NCBI GenBank assembly: GCA_013239625.1
Contig: MU053994.1
Coordinates: 3,105,589 to 3,169,588, forward strand
Source of the DNA: Lama guanicoe
Taxonomy: Eukaryota
Length of the DNA stretch: 64,000 nt
Reading direction: 5' to 3'
In this document: positions 60,196 to 64,000 of the stretch, in pieces
Numbering within the stretch: position 1 is the first letter of the stretch
How the letters are laid out: the number at the start of each line of letters is the position of its first letter
Notes under the pieces: generated by a model
Databases searched by the model: none
Seen by the model: the letters and a program-made list of their open reading frames with translations, nothing else
What the model was told of the DNA's origin: nothing
Position numbers and translations under genes: made by a program

Positions 60196-62710
60196 CCTTC
60201 ATTTTTTCCTGGAGTTTATAATTGCCTTGATTTTTTTATTCACCTATTTTTTTTTAATTCCATAAATATTTATTGAGGCTCTACCAAATTCTAGGCACTA
60301 TTCTAGGTATTGGGTATTTCTCTTAAACAAGAAAAACTTAGTACTTGACTTTATGGACTTTAGGACAAGATCATACAGGTTGGGAAATTTGATTGGTGGA
60401 TAGTTTCCTAAGCCATTATTAGTAATTGTCTCCTGTAATTCATGTGGGTCTACATGTACTTGTTTGAGGAACTCAGCCTGCTCAACAATTATTTATTCTT
60501 CTTTGAAATTTCAAACATTTCTTGACTTGTCTCTGAATAATTAATTTGAATTCTTAGGAGGTTTTACAGTTTCAATGGTCAATTACTTTTCAGATCCCTC
60601 AAACTGGATAATCAACAAAACAGTCTCACTTCCCTACAAGCAAAAGGACCAATACTTTTGTTTTCTTGTGATGAATGCCTTTAGGAACATTCAAGCATTC
60701 CTGATAATGTTTCTTTTAACTACTGTTCTCATTGAGAAATAATAGAAGGATGAGGCCACATTACGATACAGAAGGAAGAGGGATTTTTAAAAGATTTCAT
60801 GCATCTTTCAGACTGTCCTATTCAGGGCTCTTTTTTCCCCTATTGAATTCAAATAATCAATAGGTGCTCTCAAGATTTGCCTCTGCTGTCATTAGCAATC
60901 GTCTCCTACAAGTTTGTTTCTAGGAGCTACAAAATTTCAGAAGTTTTTCTTTCTTCTAAACTCTGCCACCACTTTGTAAGTTTTGCGCCTCCAAAGTCAG
61001 GATTTATATTTTTGAGGGGACACGCCAGCAGTCTTAGCAGCATGTCCTTTATGACTCATAAAAATAAAAATATATAATCAATAGTTAACTACCATCATAG
61101 ACTGTAAAGTTCAGGAGCTTTCACATTAACTATAGTGTTTTCATAAAATATTTTAGTAATGAAAGGGAAAACTTCTTATGTTTGAATTTAGATAAATCTT
61201 TCTAAGAGATAAATTTTCACTCAATACCCTTGGCTAATTCTTCTGAGGCTTTAGAACCAAACTTTTCCACAATTGCTCCCCTTTATCTGCTGATAAAGAA
61301 CACAGGTTTTACACATGTGAAAATTGATGTTTGGTACAATCTGAAATCATGGCTGCCTTAGGTGATGGGGTGATTCATTTAAAAGACAATTGTTTATTTG
61401 ACAATAAAATGACTCTTCCATTTTAATAGAAAGATTTCATGAAAATTTTCTTCACAGACACAGTAGAAGCTGCAGACCCGGCAGGGTTCTGAGGGTTCTT
61501 CGGTTGTGCTGGTGAAGTCAGACTTCACACCGTAAAAAACATTTGTCACTTTCCCACTGTGTACAAATGGCATGAGGTCTACTTTGTAAAATGACATGTT
61601 CTTCTAATGCCTCTTGCACTCGTTTGGACACCAAAACTAAAAATTGCATTTAAACGTTTCCTCAGACTCTTCAGACAGCCTGGAACTGTTGACAAAGTTA
61701 GTCCAACTGATTCAGACACAGCCCACCGGGGACAGCCAAGGAGCCTCCCCGCACGCCCAGCGCCCAGGCCTTCAGTTGCTCGCGAGTTGCCCAATTCTTC
61801 CCAGCCTCCCTCTGGGCTGTGCTCCTCCAGCTCCTGATGCTGCGTTTTCCCTCTCAGGTCCAGGCCTGCTCTTACCCTTTGGTCTCCTGCAATGATCTCA
61901 GCTCCCTCAGGCCAGGCGCTCACTGGGCTTATCTTGCTTGGCTGGCTTTGCCCCCGGCTCTTCCTGTTCTAGCTGCTCAGGGAGGTGTTCCCTGGTTTAC
62001 CCTGGCCCCTCGTCTGCAGGCATTCGTCCAGAATGTGCTGCACATACAATCCGCCCTCAATAGACTGTGGGTCACTGTGAGCCCAACTTGGTGAATAATT
62101 GTGAGGCGGTGTTTTTGTTTTTGTTTTCAGCCGTACTGTCTCAAAAAGTGCTTAATGATTTGGTTCATTTAGATATAATCCATCATGATCCTGGAATCTA
62201 GGGGGAAATGATGATTTGCAATGACATGCAGATAGACTATGTCAAATCAAGGCTGCCCCAGAATAGCCAGAGCTTATGATCAACATCTGGAAAGCATCTG
62301 CATGAATGATGTGGCCGCAACAGATACCAAAGAATTGGAAATTTTAAGAACTATCTTGAGGGTTTCTGGGTCCTAAGAACAGGAAAGCAAAGTCCTTGCA
62401 AATTATATAGCAAACTGATATAGCAAACTTTTTTTTTAAACAAAACAAAACCCTCTTTATTACAAAATAAAACATAGACAGGAGCAAAACAAACGTATGA
62501 CTTAATGAATTATTTTAAGCCGAACATCCTTTTAACTACCGCGTCAAGAAATAGAGCTTTGCCAGGTACCTTAGAAACCACTTCGTGTTTCCCATCCAAA
62601 TCACAGCCCCCTCCCGTGCCCAGAAGTAACCATGATCCTGCTAATCACACAAGCACACAAATAGTTTTATCACCCAATTTTGCATCTCTACATAAGTTTT
62701 GCTTGCCTTT

Positions 62711-62819
62711 TAATTTGCAATTCTCTATTTATTTATATTTAATGAGGCACTGGGGATTGAATCCAGAACCTCATGCATGCTAAGCATGCGCTCTACCACT
62801 GAACTATACCTACCCACTA
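62711..62819 (-). mobile_element. Vic-1-like SINE
   Basis: SINE core; imperfect TSD gcttgcctttt/gcttacctttt. Confidence 0.82.
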
Positions 62820-63580
62820 GCTTACCTTTTGAAAACTTTTCTTTAAATGTCTTCTAAGTCATTTTTAACCTATTTCCCCTCTTCCATCCCTTTCTTTTCC
62901 TTACAATTTATCTGCTGAAGGTTCCTGAACCATTTTGTCCTGTAGGATTTCCAATAGTCTGGACGTTGCCCATTCATATTCATGGCCTGGTTCCGCCATG
63001 TTCCTCTGCCTTCCATCAGAGGAGAGTTGGTCTACGAAAAGGAGAAATGGCAGTTGTGACCACCTCACCAGCTCATCCATGGTCTTTCCCCCAGACAGCC
63101 TGTGGAGGGGCTGGTGCATATTTAGCTCTCCATAGCTGTGGTGGCGCCTGCTTCTTCGATCTGGTCCACTGGGCTCCAAGCAAGCCTGGCTGCTCTCATG
63201 GAACTCCCTCCTGGTGCCCCCCACTCCATCCCAGGGCCAGGGGACCTTGCACATAGCCACAGTCCCCTGGCTTCATTCATAGCTCAGGCTGGCTTCCATG
63301 AGGCTGTAGCGGGGAGCACCCAGGCCTCTCTACAAAAGATGCTGTAGAGCCTGACTGGGTTGGGGCCTGTCTTCCCACAAAACAGCTTTGCAGTAGGTCA
63401 GGCTATCTCTGCCTGCGGTAATGCCTCTGGCGAGCTGCTTCAAAAGTGAGCTTGTATGTGGGCAGGGGCAAAATAGGAGTATGGGATTAAGAGGGACAAA
63501 GTACCATTATATAATAAATAAGCAACAAGGATATATTGTACAACACAAGGAAATATAGCCATCATTTTGTAATAACTTTA

Positions 63581-63621
63581 TTTAAAAAAATTTTTTTGGT
63601 GGGGGAGGTAATTAGGTTTGT

Positions 63622-63656
<35 letters not shown>

Positions 63657-63737
63657 CTTAATGGAGGTACTGGGGATTGAACCCAGGACCTTGCGCATGC
63701 TAGGCACTCTACAACTGAGCTATACCTTCCCCCCTTA
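63581..63737 (-). mobile_element. Vic-1-like SINE inside an L1 3' fragment
   Basis: SINE core with (TTTA)n; TSD TAATAACTTTA at 63570..63580 and 63738..63748. Confidence 0.88.
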
Positions 63738-64000
63738 TAATAACTTTAAATGGAGTATAATCTATAAAAATATCGAATCACACGCATGCACACAAAAAGT
63801 GAGCCTGTATCCCATGAAACACAACAGATTGCCTAGAGGTATTTTTTTGTCACAGTCTTTTACAGCCCTGTCCCGGGTAGGCTTTCAGCTTGAGCTGGGC
63901 TGCCCCAGGCAGCAAAGGGCGGTCCTAACCTAAAATATTGGCAATAGCCCTGGGCCCTGGGCAAGAGGACCTTGCCCCGGGCTCCATGCTTTGGAGGGTG

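Noticed and set aside
60240..62400. Possible minus-strand processed pseudogene or terminal exon (AATAAA plus A-run near 60247..60270, repeat-poor upstream sequence)
   Set aside because: The signal fits an L2 3' end, I found no TSD, and the translations have stops and no recognisable homology. A tBLASTx search would settle it.

Overview
This window is mammalian genomic DNA, most likely from a camelid X chromosome, judged from about 10 copies of a tRNA-Ala-like SINE resembling camelid Vic-1 and from the X-type gene. It holds one complete protein-coding gene, the DEAD-box RNA helicase DDX3X (+ strand, 17 coding exons, 10220..22872, 1989 nt = 662 aa plus stop, all introns GT-AG). The gene has a CpG-island promoter (~8.9-11.2 kb) and a ~2.5 kb 3'UTR. 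The flanks (1-8.5 kb and 26-64 kb) are mostly interspersed repeats (L1, MaLR/ERVL LTRs, Tigger, MER, SINEs), and the ORFs there look spurious. The most interesting signal is a candidate unproductive-splicing module around the in-frame-skippable exon 3. It has two stop-containing candidate poison exons (14470..14513 and a 21-nt microexon at 15113..15133) and an intronic ACTTACCT able to pair with either of two neighbouring 5' splice sites. Repeat family names and human comparisons come from recalled consensus sequences, not database searches, and repeat boundaries are approximate unless a target-site duplication (TSD) is given.
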